Source: a bacterium (GTDB lineage: Bacteria; Actinomycetota; Acidimicrobiia; Acidimicrobiales; Ilumatobacteraceae). Taken from it: a stretch of DNA of 64,000 bases. Positions 1-8,982 of the stretch are shown here, in pieces. Position 1 is the stretch's first letter, and each line of letters opens with the position of its first letter. Position numbers and translations under genes: made by a program. The notes under the pieces were generated by a model, which made no database searches, had not been told where the DNA came from, and was given only the letters and a program-made list of their open reading frames with translations. The stretch is taken from assembly GCA_046734535.1 (NCBI GenBank), contig JBKPRL010000136.1, positions 3,666-67,665 on the forward strand, given 5' to 3'.

Positions 1-650
1 AGCAGGATCGGCAGACCGACGACGACTCGCGGCGCGGGCCGCTCCGCCCTGCGCGCCGCGGCCGTGATGACCGGGATGCTGTGGTCCTCGAGGGTCCGCA
101 AGCCGGTCATCCAGCTGACGAACCCGTCGGCCAGCGAGCCGGCCACCCGCAGCATCTGCTCGCCGAGGGCGGCCAGCAGGACCGGCGGTGGCGGCTGGCC
201 ACTGAAGGAGGCGTCCAGGCGGATCCGCGCCCGCATCGTCTCGCCCTGGAAGTCGACCCGCTGCTCGGCCAGCAGGGGCCGCAGGACGCTCAGGTACTCG
301 CGCGCGTGGCGGACGGGCCGTGCGAAGTCCAGCCCGAGCTGGCCGTCGATGACCTTCTCGTGGGACACGCCGATGCCGAGGGTCAGCCGTCCGCCGAGGG
401 CGTCGTCGACGGTGAGCGCCTGCGCGGCGAGCGCGACCGGGTGGCGGGGGTGCGTCGGGATGATCGCCGTGCCCAGCTCCAGGTGCTCCGTCGCCTGCCC
501 GGCGACGGCCAGGAGGGTGAGGATGTCGGGGCCGTTGGGGATCCCGGGCATCCAGGCGCTGTCCAGTCCGAGCTGCTCGAGCCGGACCAGCTGGGCCCGG
601 ACCGAGTCGATCGTCGCGCGCTGGTTCGGCACGACGACGCCGATGCGCAT
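1..650 (-). CDS. LLM-class (luciferase-like) flavin/F420-dependent oxidoreductase, C-terminus cut by window edge
   Basis: Not in the ORF track because it runs off the window. Reverse translation from ATG at 650 reads MRIGVVVPNQRATIDSVRAQLVRLEQLGLDSAWMPGI..., a typical LLM N-terminus. The + strand ORFs 64..1227 and 81..761 are its antisense shadows. Confidence 0.7.
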   Translation of the reverse strand, partial: MRIGVVVPNQRATIDSVRAQLVRLEQLGLDSAWMPGIPNGPDILTLLAVAGQATEHLELGTAIIPTHPRHPVALAAQALTVDDALGGRLTLGIGVSHEKVIDGQLGLDFARPVRHAREYLSVLRPLLAEQRVDFQGETMRARIRLDASFSGQPPPPVLLAALGEQMLRVAGSLADGFVSWMTGLRTLEDHSIPVITAAARRAERPAPRVVVGLPIL

Positions 651-654
651 GGGG

Positions 655-972
655 TCAGCGTCCGGTGGCGAGGTGGCGCAGTGCCTCCGCCGTGTCGGGT
701 TCGACGTCGACGCCGTAGGCCGAGACGATCACCCCGCGGGCGTGGCAGACGGAACAGGTGATCCCCAGCACGATCATCTCGTCGTCAGGATCGGACTCGC
801 CCTCGAAGCGAAAGGTGCGGTCGATCTGGACGTGGTGGAGCTCCGTCGCGGGGGTGACCGCGCCGCAGACGGAGCAGACCAGGCCCTCGGCCCTCAGCTC
901 CACAGGATCGCGATAGCCCTCCGCCTCGAGGAGAGCGACCGCCTCCGTGACGGTGTCGGGCGCGTCGGGCAT
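655..972 (-). CDS. small zinc-ribbon-like protein, unknown function
   Basis: Internal ATG of ORF 655..1092. 105 aa, acidic, with two CxxC pairs (CSVCG ... CSVCH). The upstream part of the ORF is P/S/R-rich junk. Its stop lies 4 nt before the next LLM start. Confidence 0.55.
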   Translation of the reverse strand: MPDAPDTVTEAVALLEAEGYRDPVELRAEGLVCSVCGAVTPATELHHVQIDRTFRFEGESDPDDEMIVLGITCSVCHARGVIVSAYGVDVEPDTAEALRHLATGR

Positions 973-994
973 CACCTGCACCGTAGCGTCGTGG

Positions 995-1963
995 TCAGGG
1001 CGAGCCGAGTGCCGCCTCCACCTCCCTGGCCCACTGGATGCGGACGCCGACGGTGTCGACGGCGAAGGCGGGCACCGCGATCGCATGGGCACCGATGGCC
1101 CGGGCCCGAGCCGCGACCGCGGACGGCTGGGCCTCCGGGCCGCTCAGCACGAGGTCCTCGAGGACGGCATCGGGCACGTGGCGCCGGGCGCCGTCGCCGT
1201 CGCCGCCCACCATGGCCTCGCGGATGACGTCGACCTGCTCGGCGCTCAGCCCCCATCGGCCCAACGTCGCGGGACCGGCGTTCAGCACGGCGTAGACCGC
1301 CACGGTGGCCAGGTCGTTCCCCGGCTCGCCGTCGGGCTCGCCTGGCAGCTCGACGAGAGGCGCCCAGACGACCTCGGGGCCGCCGTCCTCGCGGGCCGCC
1401 GCGCCGTGGCGGATCGTTCCGGTGACCCGCTCCAGGTCGCTGATCGCGGTCGCCCAGACGAGGGCCTGGTCGGCGTGGGACCCGGCCACCTGGAGCATCT
1501 GGTTCCGGCCGCCGGCGACGAGGATGGTCGTGCGCCGCAGCGGGACCTCCAGCTTGCGGCCGCTCCTGTCGTCGAGTGGCGCGCCGGCCACGACGTTGCG
1601 GACCAGCTCGACCAGTGCCGCCGTGCGCCTGGCGGCGTCGCGGCGGTCGACGTCCGCGGCCACACTGGCCTCGCTCCCACCGGCAGCCAGGCCCAGGAAG
1701 ACGCGCTCGCCGGCCAGCTCCTGCAGGGTGGCCAGCGCGGCGACGGTCTGGAACGGGTGGCGGAGGTAGGGGTTCGTCATGGCCGGGCCGAGACCCAGCG
1801 TCGTCGTCGCGTCGGCTGCGCCGGCCAGGAGGAGCCACACGTCACGCCACCAGAACGCGTCGGCCAGGCCCAGCCAGCCCGCTCCCGCCTCCTCGCTGGC
1901 CCGGGCGAGCCGCGCCGCGTCGTTCACGTCGGGGTTGGCCAGGTGGCCGATCACGCCGACCAC
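995..1963 (-). CDS. LLM-class F420/flavin-dependent oxidoreductase
   Basis: C-terminal ~322 aa of ORF 995..2554 from GTG 1963: VVGVIGHLANPDV..GWLGLADAFWWRDVW..MTNPYLRHP. It shares the TNPYLRHP block with 3490..4455. The upstream part of the ORF is junk. Confidence 0.8.
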   Translation of the reverse strand: MVGVIGHLANPDVNDAARLARASEEAGAGWLGLADAFWWRDVWLLLAGAADATTTLGLGPAMTNPYLRHPFQTVAALATLQELAGERVFLGLAAGGSEASVAADVDRRDAARRTAALVELVRNVVAGAPLDDRSGRKLEVPLRRTTILVAGGRNQMLQVAGSHADQALVWATAISDLERVTGTIRHGAAAREDGGPEVVWAPLVELPGEPDGEPGNDLATVAVYAVLNAGPATLGRWGLSAEQVDVIREAMVGGDGDGARRHVPDAVLEDLVLSGPEAQPSAVAARARAIGAHAIAVPAFAVDTVGVRIQWAREVEAALGSP

Positions 1964-1990
1964 GGGGACCTCCCGGTCCGGCGTGCCAGG

Positions 1991-2581
1991 ATGGGTCGCG
2001 TGGTGTGGATCCGGACCATCTCGTGGGAGGACAGCGAAGGCGACCTGCGGGCCGCGTACGACTGGCAGGCCACCCGCCTCGGCGCCCCAGCCGAGTTCAC
2101 GATGCTGGGCAGCCTGTACCCGCCCATCGTCGAGGAGCGCCTGCGCCTGTACCGCGCCGTCGACGGCTGTCCCAGCGCGCTGACCTCCGAGGAGCGGCTG
2201 CTGGCGGCGTTCGTGACCTCGCTGCTCAACGGCACGACCCACTGCGCCTCCGGTCTGCGACACCGGCTGCTCGACGAGGGCTGGACGGTGGCCGCGCTCG
2301 AGGCGGTCGCCGCGGACCCGGCCAACGTGCGCACCTCGGACCCGCGCCTCGACGCGATCGCGGCGCACGCGGCGCGACTCACCACCCAGCCCTCTGCGGT
2401 CACGGCTCCCGATCTGGATGCGTTGCGAGCTTGCGGTCTCGGCGACCTCGAGCTCCTTGATCTGAACAACGTCGTTGCCTACTACAACTACATCAACCGT
2501 GTCGCCAACGGCCTCGGATTGACAACGCCACTCTCGCCTCACGACGCCCGTCACGCGCTTCCGGCCGACGCCCGGACCTGA
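1991..2581 (+). CDS. carboxymuconolactone decarboxylase / AhpD-like (peroxidase-related) family protein
   Basis: ATG 1991 inside ORF 947..2581: MGRVVWIRTISWEDSEGDLRAAYDW...LLNGTTHCASGLRH...NNVVAYYNYINRVANGLG, a CMD-family look. Confidence 0.75.
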   Translation: MGRVVWIRTISWEDSEGDLRAAYDWQATRLGAPAEFTMLGSLYPPIVEERLRLYRAVDGCPSALTSEERLLAAFVTSLLNGTTHCASGLRHRLLDEGWTVAALEAVAADPANVRTSDPRLDAIAAHAARLTTQPSAVTAPDLDALRACGLGDLELLDLNNVVAYYNYINRVANGLGLTTPLSPHDARHALPADART

Positions 2582-2584
2582 CCC

Positions 2585-3442
2585 TCACGCGACGAGGCCC
2601 TCCGCCCGCAACGCCGGCAGGACCTCGCTGACCAGGGCCTCCACGGTCTCGCGCGATGACCGGTCGTCCTGGCCCGGGAGGAGCGACAGGTCGTCGACAC
2701 CGAGCGCCGCGTAGCGCGCCATCTCGTCGACGAGGTAGCTGGCCGGACCCGTCATCGCCTGCCAGTCCACACCATCCGGCCGCGAGGCGACGGGTTCGAC
2801 GCCGACCCGAACGCGCACGGCCAGCAGCCCGCCGCCACCCCCGTGCCAGGTCCGCGCCCAGGGCTCGAGCGCGTCCGGGGACATCCGCGACGCCTGGAAC
2901 GGCAGCCCCAACGCCAGCGCGCGACGCATGGTCGCCTCGGCGCCGGCCAGCCAGAGCGGCGGTCCGCCCGCCGTGAGCGGTCCGGGAGCCAGCACGGCCG
3001 GCACCCGGACGAAGGGACCGTCGTAGGCCTCCCCGCGGAACGCGGCCTGCAACCCCGTGACAGCGTCGGCGAAGTGCGCACCTCGTCGCGCATGGTCGAG
3101 GCCACGCGCCGTCGATTCCGCCGGCCAGAAGCCGGGGGCGACCGCCAGCGTGAACCGGCCGCCGCTCACGTGGTCGAGCGTCATGGCCTGCTTGGCCAGC
3201 CAGGTCGTGTCCCGAAGGGGGAGCACCGCGGCGCCGAGGGCGACCGCCGCGGTCGGGAAGCGCCCGGCCAGCCACGCCAGCTCCGTGAAGGGCTCCATCG
3301 CTCCTGACCACGTCGGGAAGTCCGGGTTGCGGAGGAGGCCGTCGCCCAGCCACAAGGGATCGAGACCACCGGCGACCGCGGTCGCGGCCAGCGCCTCGAC
3401 CTCGGCGCGGGTCGTGGCGAAGGGCGAGAGGCCGATCCTCAT
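2585..3442 (-). CDS. LLM-class flavin/F420-dependent oxidoreductase
   Basis: ORF 2585..3442: MRIGLSPFATT...GLDPLWLGDGLL...GGRFTLAVAPGFW, luciferase-like pattern. Confidence 0.8.
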   Translation of the reverse strand: MRIGLSPFATTRAEVEALAATAVAGGLDPLWLGDGLLRNPDFPTWSGAMEPFTELAWLAGRFPTAAVALGAAVLPLRDTTWLAKQAMTLDHVSGGRFTLAVAPGFWPAESTARGLDHARRGAHFADAVTGLQAAFRGEAYDGPFVRVPAVLAPGPLTAGGPPLWLAGAEATMRRALALGLPFQASRMSPDALEPWARTWHGGGGGLLAVRVRVGVEPVASRPDGVDWQAMTGPASYLVDEMARYAALGVDDLSLLPGQDDRSSRETVEALVSEVLPALRAEGLVA

Positions 3443-3475
3443 CGGCGGCAGGGTCGATCCATGGCTCGCCCACCG

Positions 3476-3481
3476 TAGGCT
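3476..3481 (+). promoter_or_regulatory. candidate -10 box TAGGCT, 8 nt upstream of ATG 3490 (possible leaderless mRNA)
   Basis: TANNNT hexamer in a 47-bp divergent intergenic region, with no Shine-Dalgarno between it and the ATG. Confidence 0.3.
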
Positions 3482-3489
3482 CGCCCGCC

Positions 3490-4455
3490 ATGGCCGTCGG
3501 CACCCCCCGGTTCGGACTCTGGCTCTTCCCTGATCGGCCAGCCGGCGTGCTGGTCGACGTGATCGTCGCCGCCGAGGCGCTCGGCCTCGACGAGGTGTGG
3601 CTGGGAGACGAGGGCCCGGCTCGCGACCCGCTCGTCACCCTCGCTGCGGCGGCGGTCCGGACGACCACCATCGCCATGGGCGTCGCTGTCACCAACCCCT
3701 ACTTGCGCCACCCCGCGGCGACGGCGTCGGCCTTCGCCACCCTGGCCGAGCTCGCCGGCCCCGGCCGGGTGGTGCTCGGGATGGGCTCGGGCGGCGACCT
3801 CGCCCTCGGTCCGACCGGCGCGGTGCGGGAGCAACCGCTCCGACGGGTGAGCGACGCCCTTCGCATCGCCCGGGCGGTGCTGCGCGGTGAGCCGACCGAT
3901 GGCTACGAGCCACCGCCCCACTCGACCTCAGCGCCCGACGTGCGCATCGTGATCGGTGCCCGCAGCGAGCGGCTCAACCGGCTGGCCTCCGCCGAGGCGG
4001 ACGGGGTGTTCATCGGCGGTGTGCCGCTGCCGATGATGGACACGACGCTCGCGTGGGCTCGCGCCGTTCGCCCCATCGACGCCGCGATCTACCCCAACGT
4101 CGCCCTCTCGCCCGAGGAGGTCGACGCCATCAGGCCGCAGCTCATCTACGCCCTCCACGACGGCCCGGCCGAGACCCGGATCGCGGTCGCGGTCACCCGC
4201 GAGGAGGTGCAGGAGGCCGTCGCGGCGATGGCCGCCGGGGACGACGGACCGGCGCGCACCCTGATCGACGATCGCCGGTTGGACCACCTCCTGGTCCACG
4301 GGACCGACCCGTGCCAGCTCGGGCGGCGACTGGCTGCGCTCGCTCGGCGGCACGCCGCCACGAGCGTCGGCGTCGCCTACGTGGGCGGGGATCCGATGGG
4401 CGCGCTCGACCGCGTCGCGGCGACGGCCCGTGCCTTCCGGCACACGCTGGCATGA
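3490..4455 (+). CDS. LLM-class F420-dependent oxidoreductase (methylene-H4MPT-reductase-like)
   Basis: ORF 3490..4455: RFGLWLFPDRP...LGLDEVWLGDEG...VTNPYLRHPAATA...GRVVLGMGSGG. Confidence 0.85.
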   Translation: MAVGTPRFGLWLFPDRPAGVLVDVIVAAEALGLDEVWLGDEGPARDPLVTLAAAAVRTTTIAMGVAVTNPYLRHPAATASAFATLAELAGPGRVVLGMGSGGDLALGPTGAVREQPLRRVSDALRIARAVLRGEPTDGYEPPPHSTSAPDVRIVIGARSERLNRLASAEADGVFIGGVPLPMMDTTLAWARAVRPIDAAIYPNVALSPEEVDAIRPQLIYALHDGPAETRIAVAVTREEVQEAVAAMAAGDDGPARTLIDDRRLDHLLVHGTDPCQLGRRLAALARRHAATSVGVAYVGGDPMGALDRVAATARAFRHTLA

Positions 4456-4486
4456 TCGTCCGCTGCCGGCCAGTACGTTGCTGGTC

Positions 4487-5791
4487 GTGAGCACCACCGC
4501 CGGCCCGGGCGACGAGCGCTACGGCTTCCGGACGCGCGCCGTGCATGCCGGCAGCCGCCCGGATCCGACGACAGGCGCCCGCGCCGTACCCATCTACCAG
4601 ACGACGAGCTTCGTGTTCGAGGACGCGCTGGACGCCTCCTCGCTCTTCGCGCTGCAGAAGTTCGGGAACATCTACAGCCGCATCGCCAACCCGACGGTGG
4701 CCGCGTTCGAGGAACGCATGGCCAGCCTCGAGGGCGGGCTGGGTGCCGTCGCCGCCTCGAGCGGCCAGGCTGCAGAGCTCCTGGTCATGATCGCGCTGGC
4801 CGGCGCGGGCGACCACATCGTCGCCTCCTCCCGGCTCTACGGCGGGACCCGCACGCTGCTCGATGTCACCTTGCGGCGGCTCGGCATCGAGACGACCTTC
4901 GTGGACGGCGACGACCTCTCCGACTACAAGGCCGCGCTGACGCCGCGGACGCGGGCCGTCTACGCGGAGGTCATCGGCAACCCGTCGGGCGCGATCGCCG
5001 ACCTCGAGGGCCTGGCCGGTGTCGCCCACGGCCACGAGATCCCGTTCGTGGTGGACGCCACCCTGGCCACGCCGTTCCTCTGCCGGCCCATGGAGTTCGG
5101 GGCCGACATCGTGGTGCACTCGACGACGAAGTTCCTCGGCGGCCACGGGACGTCCATCGGCGGCGTCGTCGTCGAGTCCGGCCGGTTCGACTGGGCCAAC
5201 GGCAGCTTCCCGCTGATGACGGAGCCCGTCGCCACCTACAAGGACCTGTCGTGGTGGGGCAACTTCGCCGAGTACGGCTTCCTCACACGGCTGCGGGCCG
5301 AGCAGCTGCGCGACGTGGGCGCCACGATGACCCCGTTCAACGCCTTCCTGTTCCTGCTGGGCCTCGAGACCCTGCCGCTGCGCATGGCCGCCCACGTGGA
5401 GAACGCGGCGGTCGTGGCCCGCTTCCTCGAGGAGCACCCGGCCGTGCCCTGGGTGGCGTACGCCGGTCTCCCCTCCTCGCCGTGGCACGAGCTGGCCGAG
5501 CGCTACCTGCCTCGCGGGCCGGGCGCGGTCTTCTCCTTCGGCGTGGCCGGCGGCCGCACGGGTGGTGAGCGCTTCATCGAGCGGGTGCAGCTGGCCAGCC
5601 ACCTCGCCAACGTGGGCGACGCCAAGACGCTCGTCATCCACCCAGCGAGCACGACCCACGCCCAGCTGCGGGACGACGCGCTCGCCGGGGCCGGCGTGTC
5701 GCCCGAGCTCATCCGCCTCTCGGTGGGCATCGAGGACCCGGAGGACATCTGCCGCGACCTCGACCAGGCGCTGCGGGCGGCGATCGCGTGA
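4487..5791 (+). CDS. metY: O-acetylhomoserine (thiol)-lyase / sulfhydrylase, PLP-dependent
   Basis: ORF 4430..5791: GFRTRAVHAG..PIYQTTSFVFED..FGNIYSRIANPT..HSTTKFLGGHGTSIGG (PLP-lysine motif). GTG 4487 avoids overlap with the upstream gene; ATG 4430 is the alternative start. Confidence 0.85.
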   Translation: MSTTAGPGDERYGFRTRAVHAGSRPDPTTGARAVPIYQTTSFVFEDALDASSLFALQKFGNIYSRIANPTVAAFEERMASLEGGLGAVAASSGQAAELLVMIALAGAGDHIVASSRLYGGTRTLLDVTLRRLGIETTFVDGDDLSDYKAALTPRTRAVYAEVIGNPSGAIADLEGLAGVAHGHEIPFVVDATLATPFLCRPMEFGADIVVHSTTKFLGGHGTSIGGVVVESGRFDWANGSFPLMTEPVATYKDLSWWGNFAEYGFLTRLRAEQLRDVGATMTPFNAFLFLLGLETLPLRMAAHVENAAVVARFLEEHPAVPWVAYAGLPSSPWHELAERYLPRGPGAVFSFGVAGGRTGGERFIERVQLASHLANVGDAKTLVIHPASTTHAQLRDDALAGAGVSPELIRLSVGIEDPEDICRDLDQALRAAIA

Positions 5792-6267
5792 CGGTCTGGG
5801 TCAACCCCGGGGCAAAGGAGCGGCAGCGCATCATCGCCGAGACCCGCACCGTCGCCATCGTCGGCGCCTCCCCGAACCCGGCGCGCGCCAGCTACTTCGT
5901 GATGACCTACCTGCTGGCGGACTCGGACTTCCGGCTGTTCCCGGTCAACCCCGGCGCCACCGAGATCCTCGGCCTGAAGGTGGTGCCGAGCCTGGCCGAC
6001 CTCCCTGAGGTGCCGGACCTCGTCGACGTGTTCCGGAGGACCAACGAGCTGCCCTCGGTCACCGAGGACGCGATCGCCGTCGGCGCCCGGACGCTGTGGT
6101 TCCAGCTCGGGCTGAGCCACGACGCCGCGGCCCAGCGGGCCCACGACGCCGGCCTGAACATGGTGGCCAACCGCTGCCTCAAGATCGAGCACGCCCGCTT
6201 CCACGGCGGACTGCACCTGGCCGGCTTCGACACCGGCGTCATCACCTCTCGCCGGCGCGACGCCTAG
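5788..6267 (+). CDS. CoA-binding domain protein
   Basis: ORF 5788..6267: RTVAIVGASPNPARASYFVMTYLL...FPVNPG...VDVFRR...WFQLG. Its GTG start overlaps the metY stop (GTGA). Confidence 0.8.
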   Translation: MTVWVNPGAKERQRIIAETRTVAIVGASPNPARASYFVMTYLLADSDFRLFPVNPGATEILGLKVVPSLADLPEVPDLVDVFRRTNELPSVTEDAIAVGARTLWFQLGLSHDAAAQRAHDAGLNMVANRCLKIEHARFHGGLHLAGFDTGVITSRRRDA

Positions 6268-7103
6268 GGGCCCTGCTCGAGAGGCTCAAGGGGCGCGCCA
6301 CCCGGGCGACCGGGCGGGACGGCGGCCCGAGCTGGCGCGGCGGCCCAGGACAGGCCCCTGCGCAGCAGCTCGTAGAACTCGGAGACCTCCCACGATCCTC
6401 GTTCGACCTTGGGCCAGTAGCTGCCGTCGTCGGGTGGTGCCACCATGTCGTAGTGGCCCCGGCAGTGGCCGAGCGTGAGGTAGAGCACGCAGCCACGACC
6501 GAGCGGACGGCGGTACATGACCAGTCGCGGGTCGTCATCGGGCCACGAGGAGTCGCCGAAGGACGGGGTGGTGCCCGTCCAGCGGGTCTGCAGCAACGGC
6601 TCGATCGTGCCGTGGTACTCGCTGAGGTACAGCTCGTCGGTGGCGTCGAAGGTCTCGATGTCCTCGACGAGGGGATCGTTCTCGGCGCCGGGCGAGATCG
6701 AGACCTCGTAGGGCTCGATCGTCGGGTGGGAGAGGAACTGGCTGCCGAGCGTGTCGACGAAGACCGGGAACGCCCGCGGCGTCGTGAAGGGCCCTGCTCC
6801 CCTGGCGGTGGGCGGGTCGATGGCGGTGTTCGTCCCGTGGAGCGCGAACCACCGGCCGCCGGCCTCGACCCACGACCGCAGTGCGTGCTGCGCGGCTTCG
6901 CTCGGACGGACGTCGCAGGTGTAGCTCACGAGGAAGTCGGCGGCCGTCATCGCGTCGAGGTCCTCGTAGTGCTCGGCCACCTTGACCCGGACCCGCTCGT
7001 CCTCGGCCAGGAGCTTCAGCAGCTCGAGGCGGGCGAAGTCGAAGTCGTGCCAGCTGCCCCCACACACGAGGTAGGCGTCGATGCGGCCGCTCGGAGCTGT
7101 CAT
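6264..7103 (-). CDS. ThuA-like (trehalose-utilisation) domain protein
   Basis: ORF 6264..7103: IDAYLVCGGSWHDFDFAR...WFALHGTN...DELYLSEYHG...LTLGHCRGHYD. Confidence 0.7.
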   Translation of the reverse strand: MTAPSGRIDAYLVCGGSWHDFDFARLELLKLLAEDERVRVKVAEHYEDLDAMTAADFLVSYTCDVRPSEAAQHALRSWVEAGGRWFALHGTNTAIDPPTARGAGPFTTPRAFPVFVDTLGSQFLSHPTIEPYEVSISPGAENDPLVEDIETFDATDELYLSEYHGTIEPLLQTRWTGTTPSFGDSSWPDDDPRLVMYRRPLGRGCVLYLTLGHCRGHYDMVAPPDDGSYWPKVERGSWEVSEFYELLRRGLSWAAAPARAAVPPGRPGGAPLEPLEQGP

Positions 7104-7118
7104 GCCCTTCCTCCCTGC

Positions 7119-7955
7119 TCACTTCTGATCGTCGCGCCGCGCGGCTGTTGCGGTCCCATCCGCCAGCAGCCGCTCGAGCACGAGCGCCACGCCGTCGTCG
7201 TCGTTGCTGGCCGTCACCTCGTCGGCCAGCTCCTGGGTCAGCGGCTCGGCGTTTCCCATGGCCACGCCCCATCCGGACCACGACAGCATCTCGTGGTCGT
7301 TGAGCCCGTCGCCGAAGGCCACGACGCCTGCAGGGTCGACGCCGATCCGGCCGCAGAGCCAGGCCAGCCCGCTTCCCTTGTGGACACCGGGCGCGGTCAG
7401 CTCGACGCTGCCCGGCAGGCCGGACGGGGTCACGGCGACCTGGGTCGGCAGGAGCGGCACGAGGCGCCGCTGGAGCTCGCGGGCGTCCATGCCCTCGACG
7501 AAGAGCACCGCGCTGTGCACGAGGTCGTCGGCCTCGGGCATGGCGTCGGCCACCTCCGTGCCCTCCGTCTCCGACAGCGGCGCGATCCGGGCGAAGCCGG
7601 GCTCCCGGAAGAACCCGCGCGGCGTCGTCACCGCCAGGCCCAGCCCGGGCACCTCGGACCGGGCCGCGGTGATCACGGCGACGACGGCGTCCCCCGGGAG
7701 GCTGGCCTGGTGCAACACCGACCCCTCGGCCACCGTGGCGACGGTCGCGCCGTTGGCCGCGACCAGGTACTCGCCCAACCCGAGGTCGTGCACGACGGGC
7801 AGGGCGATGGGGAGCGGGCGGCCGGTCACGAGCACCAGGTGCCACCCGGCCGCGGCCGCGCCCCCGAGCGCGGCGCGCACCCGGGGTGAGAGCTCCTCGG
7901 CCGAGGTGAGCAGGGTGCCGTCGACGTCCAGCGCGACGAGGCGCTCGCCGGCCAT
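7119..7955 (-). CDS. Cof-type HAD-IIB phosphatase
   Basis: ATG 7955 inside ORF 7119..8798: MAGERLVALDVDGTLL...VLVTGRP...KGSGLAWLC...VVAFGDGLNDHEML...GVAMGNA. Confidence 0.8.
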   Translation of the reverse strand: MAGERLVALDVDGTLLTSAEELSPRVRAALGGAAAAGWHLVLVTGRPLPIALPVVHDLGLGEYLVAANGATVATVAEGSVLHQASLPGDAVVAVITAARSEVPGLGLAVTTPRGFFREPGFARIAPLSETEGTEVADAMPEADDLVHSAVLFVEGMDARELQRRLVPLLPTQVAVTPSGLPGSVELTAPGVHKGSGLAWLCGRIGVDPAGVVAFGDGLNDHEMLSWSGWGVAMGNAEPLTQELADEVTASNDDDGVALVLERLLADGTATAARRDDQK

Positions 7956-7987
7956 GGGCCCGCGATCGCCGCCCCCGACCGCTCCCG

Positions 7988-8899
7988 TCACGACGCGGCC
8001 GCGCTCACGAGCGGCGCGAGGAGGTCGGGGACGCGGGCCCAGTCCTCGGGCCGCTCGATCTCGGACCAGAAGTTGGCGTCGACCATCACGCCGTCCAGCC
8101 GGGCGGCCCGGGCCGCGGCGACCATCTCGGCCAGCTCGTCCACGGTGAGCGGCCGGAGGTTGGCGACCTGGACCGGCGGCTGCACGAACAGGTTCCAGTA
8201 GACCTGCAAGGGCGCTCGGCCGGCCGGCCTCATCGCCTGGAGCCGTTCGCGGATCTCGAGGAGCTGCTCCAGCGGGCCGGACGCGGGATTCCAGATGTCG
8301 AAGCGCTCGGCCGTGCGCCGGAGCCCGGCCGCAGAGCGCATGCCCGACATCAGCGGCGGTCGCGGCTGCTGCACCGGCTTGGGCCGCACGTCCGCCTCCG
8401 GGATCGAGAAGAACCGCCCGGAGAACGAGACCGGGTCCGGTCCCCAGCAGGACTCCAGCGCCTCGATGAGCTCGTCGCAGCGGGCACCGCGGGTGCGGGG
8501 GTCGACGTCCATCTGCCGGTGCTCTTCGTCCGACCAACCGACGCTGAAGCCCACGATCAGCCGTCCCTCGGACAGCAGGTCGAGCGTGGAGAGCCGCTGG
8601 GCCAGGTCGACCGGCCGGTGGTAGCCCGCCACGAGCACGCTGGTGCCGATCGTCGCCACGGAGGTCCAGGCCGCGGCCGCGGCCAGCGTCTCGAGCGGGC
8701 TGATGATGCTCCGGTAGCGCTCCGGGATGGCCAGGCCCGGCCGAGCGGCGTAACCGGACGCGGGATGGTGGGGGTAGAAGAGGTGCTGCTGCACCCACAA
8801 CCCGGTGAAGCCCAGCTCCTCGGACCGCTCGCAGAAGCCCTGCACGACCTGACGGCTGACCGCGCCGCCGAGCTGAGGCAGGCTCAGGCCGACCCTCAC
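7988..8899 (-). CDS. LLM-class F420-dependent oxidoreductase
   Basis: ORF 7988..8899 (GTG start): MRVGLSLPQLGG...GFTGLWVQQH...GRLIVGFSVGWSDEEH. Confidence 0.85.
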   Translation of the reverse strand: MRVGLSLPQLGGAVSRQVVQGFCERSEELGFTGLWVQQHLFYPHHPASGYAARPGLAIPERYRSIISPLETLAAAAAWTSVATIGTSVLVAGYHRPVDLAQRLSTLDLLSEGRLIVGFSVGWSDEEHRQMDVDPRTRGARCDELIEALESCWGPDPVSFSGRFFSIPEADVRPKPVQQPRPPLMSGMRSAAGLRRTAERFDIWNPASGPLEQLLEIRERLQAMRPAGRAPLQVYWNLFVQPPVQVANLRPLTVDELAEMVAAARAARLDGVMVDANFWSEIERPEDWARVPDLLAPLVSAAAS

Positions 8900-8957
8900 G
8901 GGTCGCTCACGAACGTGTCCCGGTCACGGCCACTTACTGTAGTCAGCCATCAGTTGA

Positions 8958-8979
8958 GCGGCCGCGAGACGGCGGCCGC
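8958..8979 (-). terminator. GC-rich hairpin just downstream of the TetR gene stop
   Basis: GCGGCCGC-gagacg-GCGGCCGC: 8-bp perfect stem and 6-nt loop, 3 nt after the stop at 8983..8985. No clear U-tract. Confidence 0.4.
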
Positions 8980-8982
8980 CCG

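Noticed and set aside
64-1227. 387-aa and 226-aa + strand ORFs at the window start
   Set aside because: The translations are Arg/Pro/Gly-rich junk. The opposite strand encodes clean LLM and zinc-ribbon proteins.
4456-4486. SAM-responsive riboswitch upstream of metY
   Set aside because: Only ~31 nt separate the upstream LLM stop from the metY start. That is too short for any riboswitch aptamer, and the upstream DNA is clearly coding.
6096-7889. 597-aa + strand ORF and 436-aa - strand ORF (6535..7845)
   Set aside because: Both overlap the ThuA-like and HAD genes in other frames or on the opposite strand, and both have junk composition.
8958-8979. Twin GCGGCCGC octamers as terminal repeats of a mobile element
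   Set aside because: They are 6 nt apart and form a simple hairpin right after a stop codon. No transposase, integrase or target duplication is nearby, so I interpret them as a terminator.
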